NCBI GenBank assembly: GCA_019057795.1
Contig: JAHLWS010000077.1
Span: 96,001 to 160,000, forward strand
Length of the DNA stretch: 64,000 nt
Direction: 5' to 3'
From: Promethearchaeota archaeon
Lineage (GTDB): Archaea > Asgardarchaeota > Lokiarchaeia > Sigyniarchaeales > SOKP01
This document shows positions 18,705 through 28,383 of this stretch, piece by piece. The notes below the pieces were generated by a model. That model did not search any database and was not told where the DNA came from. It was given only the letters and a program-made list of their open reading frames with translations. The number at the start of each line of letters is the position of its first letter. Position 1 is the first letter of the stretch. Position numbers and translations under genes: made by a program.

Positions 18705-20615
18705 TTACTTGAGCGAAAGAGATTCTCTATTTCTCGGAGCTTTAGTGGCTTTTCTTAATTTTTTATGTATCATCGTCGATAAACTTACACATTTGCTTTC
18801 TTCGCCGTGGTTGATTATAACTAATTTTGGTCTGGGTTGAATTCTACGCAAGAATTGTGAGATTTGACTACGCGACGAATGACCGCTGAATCCTTCTAAA
18901 GTAAAGACATTTAAGTTTAATCTTATAAGCTGTGTCCTTCCTTTCTCATTGGTGTATTGAATCTCGCGGAAACCACGCTGAACCCTGCTTCCCAAAGTTC
19001 CATTCACTTGGTAAGATACGAATACAAGAGAATTTTTCTTATCTTCGGCTAACCTTCTTAAATATTGAACTGAGGGTCCTCCGATTAACATACCGCTTGT
19101 AGCTAAGATAATACAAGATCCACCCAAAATTACATCGTTCCTTTCTTCTTGACTAGAAATAGTCGTGAAAAAGTCGCTTAAAAATGGGTTTTTGCCCTGA
19201 TGTAGTATTTTTTCTCTTAAGTCAGAGCTAAGAAAATCGGGGTTTGCGGTATGTATAGCTGTTGCTTCTGAGATTAATCCGTCCAAAAAGATTGGGACAT
19301 GATCAATAATACCTTTTGAGATGAATTCTTCTAACACTATTATTAGCTCTTGAGCTCGCCCTACTGCTAATACAGGAATAAGAATTTTGCCACCTCTCTT
19401 GATTGTCGAATTTAATATTTGTCTAAGGTCTCTTTCAGAATCTTGTCTACTTGGGATTCGATCTTGAGGGCCTCCATAAGTTGATTCAATAAGTAGGGCT
19501 TCTACTCTAGGAAATTTTACAGCCGCTTTTTCTAAAAGTCTTGTTTTTTGATATTTAAAATCTCCTGTGTATATAAAATTGAATCCACCCTTTCCGAAAT
19601 GTAAATGAATTATGGAAGAGCCTAATATATGACCAGAATTGTGAAGTGTTAACTTAATATCGGGAGCAATATCCGTAACTTTCCCCCATGAGAGAGGTAT
19701 CGTATGGAGTACAGCGCTTTTTACATCCCTTTTAGAATAAGGGCCAGGTATACCCTCTTTTTCGCAAATCTGAACGAAATCTAATTGTAACATGGTCGAA
19801 AGGTTCCGTGTAGGGAGCGTACAATATACGGGACCTTTATACCCATACTTAAATAAAAAAGGTACCATTCCACAATGATCTAAGTGAGCATGAGATACTA
19901 TTATGGCGTCTAAATCCCTTATTGAAAACTCTGGAATATCAAAATTTGGAAATGGATCCTTTTTATTGCCGACATTTAACCCTACATCGAGAAGAATGTT
20001 ACTATCTCTTGTTTGCATTAAAATACACGATCTACCGACTTCTCTAAAACCACCTAAGGAAGTTAGGCGAATATCTAAATCTTTAAAAATGGTAGGGCGG
20101 TGAATTCTCTTTCCAATATTCAAGAGTATATCTTTTTGATTTTGTCTTTCTTTACTCAACATTCCTCTAATTAAATCAATGGTTCTCGAATGCAACGGTG
20201 GCGTTCGTATTGTTTTAGGTTGCCAAAAAGTGTTCATCCGTATTTCCTTTAAATTCACACCTTTTTTTCCAATAACCAACCCTGGTTTTACCGATTCTAT
20301 AATAACTTCTCCACGAGTGTGATCAAATTCAATATTGGTGATTTCAGCACCTTCGACTATTAAATTTCTTATGTAATCTTCTGTTTCAGATGGATCCTTG
20401 CGCTTCTCCGCGTTCCAGCGAAAAACCACTCTTTTACGCATAGTTTTCGCTAATTCTTTTAAAATATCTGAACTTTCAATAAGATCCAAATTTTCATTTT
20501 CAGAATAAACGGCTATTTCAGGACCCTCAAATTCAATTTTTTTAACCTTAATATCAACAGGGAGATGCGAAATGATTTGATCCTTAATTCTTTGTAGTTC
20601 TCCTTCAAAACTCAT
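18705..20615 (-). CDS. fttA: beta-CASP ribonuclease aCPSF1 (transcription termination factor FttA)
   Basis: KH domains (KPGLVIGKKG), LGGFREVGRS, SHAHLDH, GHILGS, ESTYGG and FSGHS. Confidence 0.96.
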   Translation of the reverse strand: MSFEGELQRIKDQIISHLPVDIKVKKIEFEGPEIAVYSENENLDLIESSDILKELAKTMRKRVVFRWNAEKRKDPSETEDYIRNLIVEGAEITNIEFDHTRGEVIIESVKPGLVIGKKGVNLKEIRMNTFWQPKTIRTPPLHSRTIDLIRGMLSKERQNQKDILLNIGKRIHRPTIFKDLDIRLTSLGGFREVGRSCILMQTRDSNILLDVGLNVGNKKDPFPNFDIPEFSIRDLDAIIVSHAHLDHCGMVPFLFKYGYKGPVYCTLPTRNLSTMLQLDFVQICEKEGIPGPYSKRDVKSAVLHTIPLSWGKVTDIAPDIKLTLHNSGHILGSSIIHLHFGKGGFNFIYTGDFKYQKTRLLEKAAVKFPRVEALLIESTYGGPQDRIPSRQDSERDLRQILNSTIKRGGKILIPVLAVGRAQELIIVLEEFISKGIIDHVPIFLDGLISEATAIHTANPDFLSSDLREKILHQGKNPFLSDFFTTISSQEERNDVILGGSCIILATSGMLIGGPSVQYLRRLAEDKKNSLVFVSYQVNGTLGSRVQRGFREIQYTNEKGRTQLIRLNLNVFTLEGFSGHSSRSQISQFLRRIQPRPKLVIINHGEESKCVSLSTMIHKKLRKATKAPRNRESLSLK

Positions 20616-20934
20616 ATATATTCAATTTTTTAATATAATTTTTATTTAGTTTTAAAAATGCATAAGTTATTGATTCTCTTATTATTTAGAATAGTCTTTT
20701 CTTTAAATTGAACTATTTTTATAACTTAGCTATAATCTCCTTTAAAATTATATGTACAGTTAATTTGGTTTTTTTAAACGATGTTTTTAAACAAAAAGAA
20801 CAATTCTTAGATATTAATACTAATACCAGAGATTAAATTTAACAACGAATTAATTCTAATTTCTAAATAATATATGATTTAATAGAATAAAAATATTGTC
20901 ATTATGGAATGAGGATCAATGATATGCTGCAAAT

Positions 20935-20965
20935 CTTATCCCTCACCTAAAGGAGGGGGTTTTTC
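20935..20965. mobile_element. Solo IS200/IS605-type end hairpin (remnant)
   Basis: cttatccctcacctaaaggagggggtttttc resembles the TTCATCCCC.CCCTAAAGG..GGGGTTTTC subterminal palindrome; no transposase nearby. Confidence 0.55.
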
Positions 20966-21014
20966 TTTTGCTTTAATGATAAACTTTTTTTAAAAGAGAA
21001 AATTAAAACGAACT

Positions 21015-21650
21015 ATGTCAAAAGTAAAAATAGGTGCGATCGCCTCTGGTTCTGGGAGTAATTTCGAAGCGATAATTAAAGCATGCGAGGAAGGCATTTT
21101 GAAACATAAGGCGGGTGTAAAAGTACTTATTTGTAACAAAACTGAAGCATTTTGCATGGAACGAGCGAAAAATCATAACATACCATATGAATTAATTGAA
21201 ACTACTAAGTTTCTTCATCTCCCCAGGGAAGAATTCGATAAAAAGATGATAGCTGTACTAAAAAAATACGATTGTGAATTAATTGTTTTAGTCGGTTATA
21301 TGAGATTAGTAAGCCAAAGTTTTATTGATGCTTTCAATGGGAATGTTATGAACATACATCCTGCCCTTTTGCCTTCTTTCAAAGGTATGCACGCTCATAA
21401 AGATGTTTTAGAATATGGGGTAAAGGTTTCTGGTTCTACAGTTCATTTTGTGGATCCAGAATCGGATCATGGCCCTATCATCATCCAGAAATGCGTTCCT
21501 GTGTACGATACCGACACAGAGAAAACTTTAGGACCAAGAGTTTTAGAATGGGAGCATAAAATCTTTCCTAAAGCGATAGAATTATATTGCGATAAACGGT
21601 TGCATGTCGATGGAAGAATTGTAAGAATCGATGGTGATGTTGTCTTATAA
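21015..21650 (+). CDS. purN: Phosphoribosylglycinamide formyltransferase
   Basis: SGSGSNFEAI, GYMRL, NIHPALLPSFKG, STVHFV and DHGPIIIQ. Confidence 0.96.
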   Translation: MSKVKIGAIASGSGSNFEAIIKACEEGILKHKAGVKVLICNKTEAFCMERAKNHNIPYELIETTKFLHLPREEFDKKMIAVLKKYDCELIVLVGYMRLVSQSFIDAFNGNVMNIHPALLPSFKGMHAHKDVLEYGVKVSGSTVHFVDPESDHGPIIIQKCVPVYDTDTEKTLGPRVLEWEHKIFPKAIELYCDKRLHVDGRIVRIDGDVVL

Positions 21651-21668
21651 TTGTAATTACTTAAATAT

Positions 21669-21771
21669 GCGGGAAATGATTTCGTTGAAAGCTCTGACCC
21701 AACTGAAAGTATTGGTATTTTCCATAACTTAATGAAGAAGATCTTGAGTAATGAGATTACTCATTTCCCGC
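21669..21771. ncRNA. Candidate structured RNA between purN and the EF-2 paralog
   Basis: Perfect 11-bp terminal stem gcgggaaatga/tcatttcccgc with internal hairpins ccaa..gaaa..ttgg and tgagtaat-gag-attactca. Confidence 0.45.
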
Positions 21772-21866
21772 TCCTATTACATTCAAATAAACCTAAAATT
21801 TTAATCAAATCAATCATGGTTTAATAATATATTATTATAATTAACAAGAGAATAAAGTTGGTAAGG

Positions 21867-24056
21867 ATGCCTCGTCGTAAGGAGATTTCTGAGATTCTAA
21901 ATATGATGGAAAAGACTCAGAATATTAGAAATATTGGGTTTGTGGGCCATATAGACCATGGAAAAACAACGCTAAGCGATTCTCTTTTAAGTGAAGCGGG
22001 TTTACTTTCACCCGATCTAGCAGGTGAAGCACGTGCCTTAGATTATTTAGAAGAAGAACAAAGACGTGGAATTACCATGAAATCTACTAATATTTCATTA
22101 TACTATGAAAAATCTCTTAAAGACCACGACCCCTTTCTAATAAATCTTGTTGATACACCAGGCCACTTAGATTTTAGCGGCAAAGTAACAAGGGCTTTAA
22201 GGTTAATAGATGGAGTCGTTGTAGTTGTCGATGCTGTTGAGGAAATAATAACTCAATCTGAAACGGTTATTAAACAAGCTCTACAGGAAGGTGTGAAACC
22301 AGTACTTTATATTAATAAAGTAGATCGCCTCATCCGAGAGTTAAAGCTAACAGATGAACAAATAAGAAAAAAATATACAAGGATTATTAAAGATTTTAAT
22401 ACGCTTATTAAAAGATACGCAGATAAACCCTTCAAAAAAGAGTGGCAAGTATCTCCTGCTGATGGAAACGTCGCATTCGGCTCAGCGCTCCACAAATGGG
22501 GTTTTACATTAGGTATTTTAGAAAATAACGAGTTAAAGTTTTCAGATATTAGATCGCGATATCAAAAAGAAACATACACTAAAGAAACCTATGCTGATTT
22601 AGCTGTTTATTTTCCAATTCACACCGCAATACTAGAAATGGTTGTTGATCACCTCCCTAATCCTATTGAAGCTCAAAAATACAGAATAGGTAAGATTTGG
22701 GGTGGAGATTTGACATCTGAAGTTGGAAAATCTATGACTAATTGCGATCCAAATGGACCTTTAATAATATGTTTGAGTAAAGTACAAGCAGATAAGCACA
22801 GTTTGGTCGCAACTGGAAGAATATTTTCTGGAAATTGTTTCAATAAGGAGGAAGTATTTTTATTAAGAGAAAATAATTTCGAGACAATTCGAAAAACCGC
22901 AATTTTCATGGGTCAAAGAAGAGAACAAGTTGAAGAAATACCTGTTGGAAACATCGTTGCTATAGAGGGTTTAAAACAAGTAAAAAGTGGCGAGACTTTA
23001 ATTAATAAGAATTATATTGATAAAATGGTTCCATTTGAAAACGTAAAATATGTTTCTACTCCCGTCGTAACAGTATCGATCGAACCGGAATATTTAAGAG
23101 ATTTAGATAAAATGAAAGAGCTCATCGAAAACATACTAATCGAAGATCCTAATTTGTTATTTGAAATAAACGAGGAAAACGGCGAATTCCTCCTCTCAGG
23201 TATGGGACCTTTACATCTTGAAATTACTGCATATGAAATTGAAAAACGAGGTGTTGAGATTTCAATGTCAGAACCAAGAGCGGTCTTTAAAGAATCTTGC
23301 AAAAACGGTTCTTCTACTATAGCTGTAGAATCGCCAAACAATCAAAGTTCGCTAAAAATTAGAATAGAACTATTAAGTGATAAAACAAGCCGGTTCTTCC
23401 GAACTCATGATTTCAAGTCTATAAAACCAATAGAAAGATTGAAAGAATTGTTAGAAGAATTTACAGGCTTAACAACGGATGAAATCCAAGATTTTTGGAC
23501 ATATTTCGATGCTAATAATGTTTTAATATATAATTTAAAAGATGATTTAAACCAATTCTTGAAAGATACGATTGTAGAAATTATTGATAAAATTCTATTA
23601 AATGGTCCACTATGCGGCGAAAAATTAACAGGTCTAAAAGTTATAATTGAAGAACTCGTCGTAAACAAGCTTGACGAAGAAAACGCGTTTACAGAATTAG
23701 CCGCAATGTTTTACGATGCCATTAAAAAGGCTTTAAACGAATCTGACCTTATCTTACTTGAACCAATTTATCATACAATTATTCAATTACCCCCAGATTA
23801 CATAAAAACTACGCTTTCTTTGCTTTCTAAGTATTCTGCAAAAATAAAAAATGTCAACCAAGAAAAGGATTATCAGGCAATCATAGAAGTACTCTTACCA
23901 GTAAGAAATTCTATTAAATTCGCTGAAGATATTCGTTCTAGCACTTCAGGAAAAGCCTTCTGGCAAAATGAGTTTTATGCTTTCATGGAGGTTCCTAATC
24001 ACGAAGCTAAACTAATTATAAATGATCTGCGCTTTATGAAAGGTATATCGTGGTAA
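21867..24056 (+). CDS. Elongation factor 2 family GTPase, divergent paralog lacking the diphthamide-loop motif
   Basis: GHIDHGKTT, RGITM, DTPGH, NKVD and LSGMGPLHLE are present; domain IV lacks HRG. ATG at 21867 is the likely start; the ORF track gives TTG at 21858. Confidence 0.88.
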   Translation: MPRRKEISEILNMMEKTQNIRNIGFVGHIDHGKTTLSDSLLSEAGLLSPDLAGEARALDYLEEEQRRGITMKSTNISLYYEKSLKDHDPFLINLVDTPGHLDFSGKVTRALRLIDGVVVVVDAVEEIITQSETVIKQALQEGVKPVLYINKVDRLIRELKLTDEQIRKKYTRIIKDFNTLIKRYADKPFKKEWQVSPADGNVAFGSALHKWGFTLGILENNELKFSDIRSRYQKETYTKETYADLAVYFPIHTAILEMVVDHLPNPIEAQKYRIGKIWGGDLTSEVGKSMTNCDPNGPLIICLSKVQADKHSLVATGRIFSGNCFNKEEVFLLRENNFETIRKTAIFMGQRREQVEEIPVGNIVAIEGLKQVKSGETLINKNYIDKMVPFENVKYVSTPVVTVSIEPEYLRDLDKMKELIENILIEDPNLLFEINEENGEFLLSGMGPLHLEITAYEIEKRGVEISMSEPRAVFKESCKNGSSTIAVESPNNQSSLKIRIELLSDKTSRFFRTHDFKSIKPIERLKELLEEFTGLTTDEIQDFWTYFDANNVLIYNLKDDLNQFLKDTIVEIIDKILLNGPLCGEKLTGLKVIIEELVVNKLDEENAFTELAAMFYDAIKKALNESDLILLEPIYHTIIQLPPDYIKTTLSLLSKYSAKIKNVNQEKDYQAIIEVLLPVRNSIKFAEDIRSSTSGKAFWQNEFYAFMEVPNHEAKLIINDLRFMKGISW

Positions 24057-24142
24057 GAATTGATGCTAATTACATGAAAGGTATTCTTTTAGTATATACT
24101 TCACAAATTAATATAATACAACTTAGTTCTTCTTAACTATAG

Positions 24143-24238
24143 AGAAAAATTGGAGGATTACATGATGGAGATATTTGGGCCAAATCTGAAGGAAGGAATA
24201 AAGGATCCACTTTCATTGTAAGTCTTCCATTAGATTGA
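24143..24238 (+). pseudogene. C-terminal remnant of a histidine kinase HATPase_c domain
   Basis: Translates RKIGGLHDGDIWAKSEGRNKGSTFIVSLPLD*, the typical end of a HATPase_c domain; an in-frame TAG lies directly upstream. Confidence 0.8.
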
Positions 24239-24328
24239 AACTAAAAAATTTTGATAATTAATACTACAAAATTTTTAAACAATATAAAAGGAGAATTTCT
24301 CCTTAATAAAATTCCAAGAGATTTATTA

Positions 24329-25069
24329 TTATAAATAATCAAAAAGAATATTGAGATCAGAAAAATTAAATGGTTTACAGAACAATCCATCTGCTCCAGT
24401 TTCTTTAATTTTTTTACTAGCTTCCGATTCTGGGATGGCTGATATATAAAATATAGGAATGTGTTTTAATTTATCGTCTTGTTTAATTATTTTACAAATT
24501 TCATAACCAGTAATATCAGGTAAAATTATGTCTAAAATTATCAGTTTTGGAGTTGTTCTGCTTAATTCGTCTAATGCTTTGGCTCCAGTTGTAACTCCGA
24601 AAGAGGAAAATCCATTTATTTCAAAAAAATCAGTTAACACCATGATTGTGGGAGAATCATCATCAACAATTAAAATATCATAAGTAGGATGTACCGGTTC
24701 AAACTCGTTAATAATTGAATTAATCTTTCTTTCAAGAAATACGCTTTGATCATATATCTCTTTAATCCTTAATAAAATATTTGTATCCAATTTATCGGAT
24801 TCATGTTCAAGGATTAATTGAGAAAAACCTTTAATTGAAGTGAGCGGTTCCTTTAAATCATGAGTAATTTTGGAAAAATTATTTATAAGTGATATTAGAG
24901 GTTCAGAATCAATATAAAAATTGACTGCTTTTCTAATTAACATAGAAATTGTAGTAAACTCATATTCATCTACGAATTTTTCCCATTTGTTTTTAGTATC
25001 CTCAGATACTAATATGCCTATTCGTTTTGTATCATCAGATTTTTTTTCATTTGCAGTGATCTTCATCAC
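24329..25069 (-). CDS. RHH-like + HisKA + receiver-domain protein (no ATPase domain), paralog 1
   Basis: KRIGILVSEDTKNKW...TISMLIRKAV; THDLKEPLTSIKGF; ILIVDDD...LDIILPD...KPF. Confidence 0.85.
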   Translation of the reverse strand: MMKITANEKKSDDTKRIGILVSEDTKNKWEKFVDEYEFTTISMLIRKAVNFYIDSEPLISLINNFSKITHDLKEPLTSIKGFSQLILEHESDKLDTNILLRIKEIYDQSVFLERKINSIINEFEPVHPTYDILIVDDDSPTIMVLTDFFEINGFSSFGVTTGAKALDELSRTTPKLIILDIILPDITGYEICKIIKQDDKLKHIPIFYISAIPESEASKKIKETGADGLFCKPFNFSDLNILFDYL

Positions 25070-25379
25070 ATTCTGACTAATTTTTTTTATTATTATATTA
25101 TTCTTTTATATAATTATAAGTTTTCACTAAAGAAATTAAATACAACTCACAAATTATCCATTTATTGAATGGTTTCCGATATATAACCAATATTTTGGTA
25201 AAAGAAATTATTAAACTTATAATATATTTTCTGAGATAATTAGTAATTTTCAATTTTTTTAGCAATAAATTCAATTTTTCTTTATTTTTTTATAGTTTGA
25301 AATCTAAAATTAAAAAATTTAAAATAAACACAAATAAAATAATAGTATAAAAATAAATATACTAAGTTGTAATATATGA

Positions 25380-26123
25380 TTATTTTAAATAATCAAATAA
25401 TGTCTTAAATTGTGAGAAGTTAAAAGGTTTAAGAAAATATCCATTTGCTCCTTTTTGTTTAAAATTTTTACTTACTTCTAATTCTGGAATTGCGGTTATA
25501 AAATAGACCGGAATCTCTTTAAATCTTTGATCTTTTTTGATCTTTTCACATATTTCATATCCACTTGTATCAGGTAATATTATATCAAGTAGGATTAATT
25601 TAGGTTTTACTATATTTAACTCTTCTAATGCTTTATTTCCTGTTAAGACTCCAAAAGTGGTAAATCCTTTAGATTCAAAAAAATCGTTAAGAAGTGTAGT
25701 AGTTGGTAAATCATCTTCTACGATTAAAACATCATATTGAGGATATTTTCCTTCTAAATTAAAAAAGTATTTATCTATTTTACTTTCCAGAAAATTACTT
25801 TGCTTATAAATTTCTTTGAGTCTATATTGAAATTTAGAATCTAATTTATCTGCATAATTTTCAAGGATTAATTGGGAAAATCCTTTTATCGAAGTGAGTG
25901 GTTCTTTTAAATCATGCGATAACTTCGTTAAATCCTCTAAAAATGAATATTTGGTTTTTATTTCAATAAGAGAATCAACTGCTTTTCTGATTAATTTGGA
26001 AACAGTAGAAAAATTATTATTTTCAGCATAGTTTTCCCATTTAGTTTTTGTCGCTTCAGATACCAGAATTCCAATCCGTTTAATTTTCTCGCTATTTTTA
26101 TTTTCTTTCGGAATTAAAAACAC
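25380..26123 (-). CDS. RHH-like + HisKA + receiver-domain protein (no ATPase domain), paralog 2
   Basis: KRIGILVSEATKTKW...TVSKLIRKAV; SHDLKEPLTSIKGF; VLIVEDD...LDIILPD...KPF. Confidence 0.85.
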   Translation of the reverse strand: MFLIPKENKNSEKIKRIGILVSEATKTKWENYAENNNFSTVSKLIRKAVDSLIEIKTKYSFLEDLTKLSHDLKEPLTSIKGFSQLILENYADKLDSKFQYRLKEIYKQSNFLESKIDKYFFNLEGKYPQYDVLIVEDDLPTTTLLNDFFESKGFTTFGVLTGNKALEELNIVKPKLILLDIILPDTSGYEICEKIKKDQRFKEIPVYFITAIPELEVSKNFKQKGANGYFLKPFNFSQFKTLFDYLK

Positions 26124-26475
26124 TTTTTAAAGTTTAATTAAAATCTTTTCATTCTTAATCAATAATTAATCTTCGATAGGTAAAAATAATGTTCATTTTT
26201 TCTTTTAGAATTCTGAATCATTAATAGAAAAAGAAAGTAAATTCAAAAAATATTTACTCGAAGATTCTTTTTCTTCTATTTCTTAGTTAACTATAGACGC
26301 AAACTTTTATAAAAACCTTATGATTTTTCATTCATTAATCAAATATTACTTTATTCTTACCCCCGATATTTCTTTTTAGACTTTTTTTAAATTATTATGA
26401 AGGTATATTAATTTATATAATTTATTTCGATAAAACTGTTGTTTTATTTTTAAATAAACTACTTATTTAAACTTT

Positions 26476-26802
26476 TTAAGAGGCAAATTTCATAATAGAA
26501 CTGCCAATCTCATAATTAGGTAAAATAATATCGACAATTCCCTCTTTAATGGCATTTTTTGGCATACCATAAACGGCACACGTTTCTTTAGATTCCACTA
26601 TTGTTTTTCCTCCAAACTTTTGGATAACACCAAGTCCTATAACGCCATCTACCCCCATTCCTGTTAGTAAAATCCCTAATACTCGACGTTTATACACTTT
26701 AGCAGCAGATATAAATAATACATCTATAGAAGGCATACAAAAATTCACGGGGGGCCCAATAAATGTTTTTATACATGGCTTTTCCGCTTTAACTATAATC
26801 TC
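26476..26802 (-). pseudogene. cheB: CheB methylesterase, C-terminal fragment
   Basis: PSIDVLF.SAA, GILLTGMGVDG..G and VYGMPK.A are present; the N-terminal part with the catalytic Ser/His is missing. Confidence 0.88.
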
Positions 26803-27249
26803 CTTCGAGGACGATCCATAACGGGCATGGTAGCGGCTTGTTTATATTATGTATGTAGAAAAATGAATTATCCTATATTTCTAATAGATATAATTAATGA
26901 ATCTTCATCGGAAAAAGAATTGATAAAAAAATGTTATACCATACTGATTAAAAAGTTTAATTTAAATGGATTTAATATTGATCCTGTCAAATTTATTCCA
27001 AGATATATAGCTGAATTAGGATTAAGCATCGAAATTGAACAGTTAACAATTAAGATTCTTAAATGTTATTTAGACGGTTTTAAGGTTAACGGAAAACACC
27101 CAAGAGGACTTTGTGCTGGAGCAATATATTTAGCTGCAAAACTTAAATATGTTAAGATCACCCAAAAAATTATTGCTGAAAGGTTTGGTATAGCTGAAAT
27201 CACTTTACGAGCACGGTATAAAGAAATACTTAAAATATTAAAATACTAA
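26797..27249 (+). pseudogene. tfb: Transcription initiation factor IIB, 5'-truncated
   Basis: In-frame NLLRGRSITGMVAACLYYVCR, GKHPRGLCAGAIY, TQK.IA and EITLRARYKE; no Zn ribbon and the first cyclin repeat is incomplete. Confidence 0.85.
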
Positions 27250-27259
27250 TAATTAAAAT

Positions 27260-27496
27260 ATGAAAACTGAGATGAAAATGGAAAGTAAAACAATTATATA
27301 TATCCCTCATGTGTGCCCCTATTGTGATTCTAAGAAAGTAACTCATAAAAACGGATTTATTGAGGGTAGCCATTTAAAAATCCCATTATTTTGCCTTAAA
27401 TGTGGAAAACGTTCAATAGAAAAATATTATATCGAATATTGTGAAACTGTGGGAGGAGATTTCTTTAGAAAATCCATGTTCCAAATATCAGAATAG
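27260..27496 (+). CDS. Small Zn-ribbon protein
   Basis: CPYC...CLKCG. Confidence 0.55.
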   Translation: MKTEMKMESKTIIYIPHVCPYCDSKKVTHKNGFIEGSHLKIPLFCLKCGKRSIEKYYIEYCETVGGDFFRKSMFQISE

Positions 27497-27528
27497 AAGA
27501 TGAATTAATAAATGAATGAACAAATAAA

Positions 27529-27599
27529 TGCGCCTGCCGGGAATTGAACCCGGGACGCTGACTTGGGAAGCCAGCATATTACCACTATACTACAAGCGC
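27529..27599 (-). tRNA. tRNA-Gly(CCC)
   Basis: Reverse complement GCGCTTG TA GTATAGTGGTAATAT G CTGGC TTCCCAA GTCAG CGTC CCGGG TTCAATT CCCGG CAGGCGC A. Confidence 0.95.
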
Positions 27600-27686
27600 A
27601 AAAATATAGAAAATTAATAATAATAAATGAGATTTTATAAATAAATTTTTTTACAAGTTGTGGTTTATTATTAATTAAATTTCAAA

Positions 27687-28373
27687 ATGGGTAGCACCAT
27701 GAATATTGAGAATTTAAAATTTCAAAAAAATATTACGATTAACAGCAACGATTCACTACTTATAATTGATATGCAGCACGATTTTATGCCGGGGGGAGCT
27801 TTACCTGTCGAAGAAGGCGATCAGATTATAGATAACATTAATTTAGTCGCTAAAATTTTTAAGAATAACAATGGGATAGTTGTATTAACACAAGATTGGC
27901 ATCCAAAAAATCATAAGTCATTTGCAAGCAGCTATGCTGGGAAAAGTCCCGGAAATAAGTTTCAATCCGAAGGAATTGGTCCAATTCTTTGGCCAGATCA
28001 TTGCGTTCAAGGCACACAAGGTGCAAAATTTCACGAAAAATTAAAATCGGATTTAGCTAATGCTATTATTCGTAAGGGCTATAATATCGATGTAGATAGT
28101 TATTCTGGATTTATTGAAAACGATAAAAAATCAGAAACAGGTTTGGCGGGACTTTTGAAATCATTGAATATTAAAAGGATCTTTATTTGTGGATTAGCGT
28201 TAGACTATTGTTGCTATTTTACTGCGATTGATGGCATCGATTTTGGTTTTGAGGTTTACTTTTTAGTAAATTTAACTAAAGGCATAGATTTGCCCCCGGG
28301 AAACATCTCTAACTCTTTAGAGAATATGAGAAATAAAGGAATTAAATTCGTAGTTAAGGATAGTTTTATATAA
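27687..28373 (+). CDS. pncA: Nicotinamidase/pyrazinamidase
   Basis: IDMQHDFMPGGAL, TQDWHP, WPDHCVQGT, KG...DSYSGF and GLALDYC. Confidence 0.95.
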   Translation: MGSTMNIENLKFQKNITINSNDSLLIIDMQHDFMPGGALPVEEGDQIIDNINLVAKIFKNNNGIVVLTQDWHPKNHKSFASSYAGKSPGNKFQSEGIGPILWPDHCVQGTQGAKFHEKLKSDLANAIIRKGYNIDVDSYSGFIENDKKSETGLAGLLKSLNIKRIFICGLALDYCCYFTAIDGIDFGFEVYFLVNLTKGIDLPPGNISNSLENMRNKGIKFVVKDSFI

Positions 28374-28383
28374 GGGTAAAATC

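Noticed and set aside
21669-21771. SECIS interpretation of the ATGA-containing hairpin after purN
   Set aside because: Neither flanking gene has an in-frame TGA, and the geometry is not clearly SECIS-like.
24143-27599. Provirus or integrative element at tRNA-Gly
   Set aside because: No integrase, att duplication or viral genes were seen.
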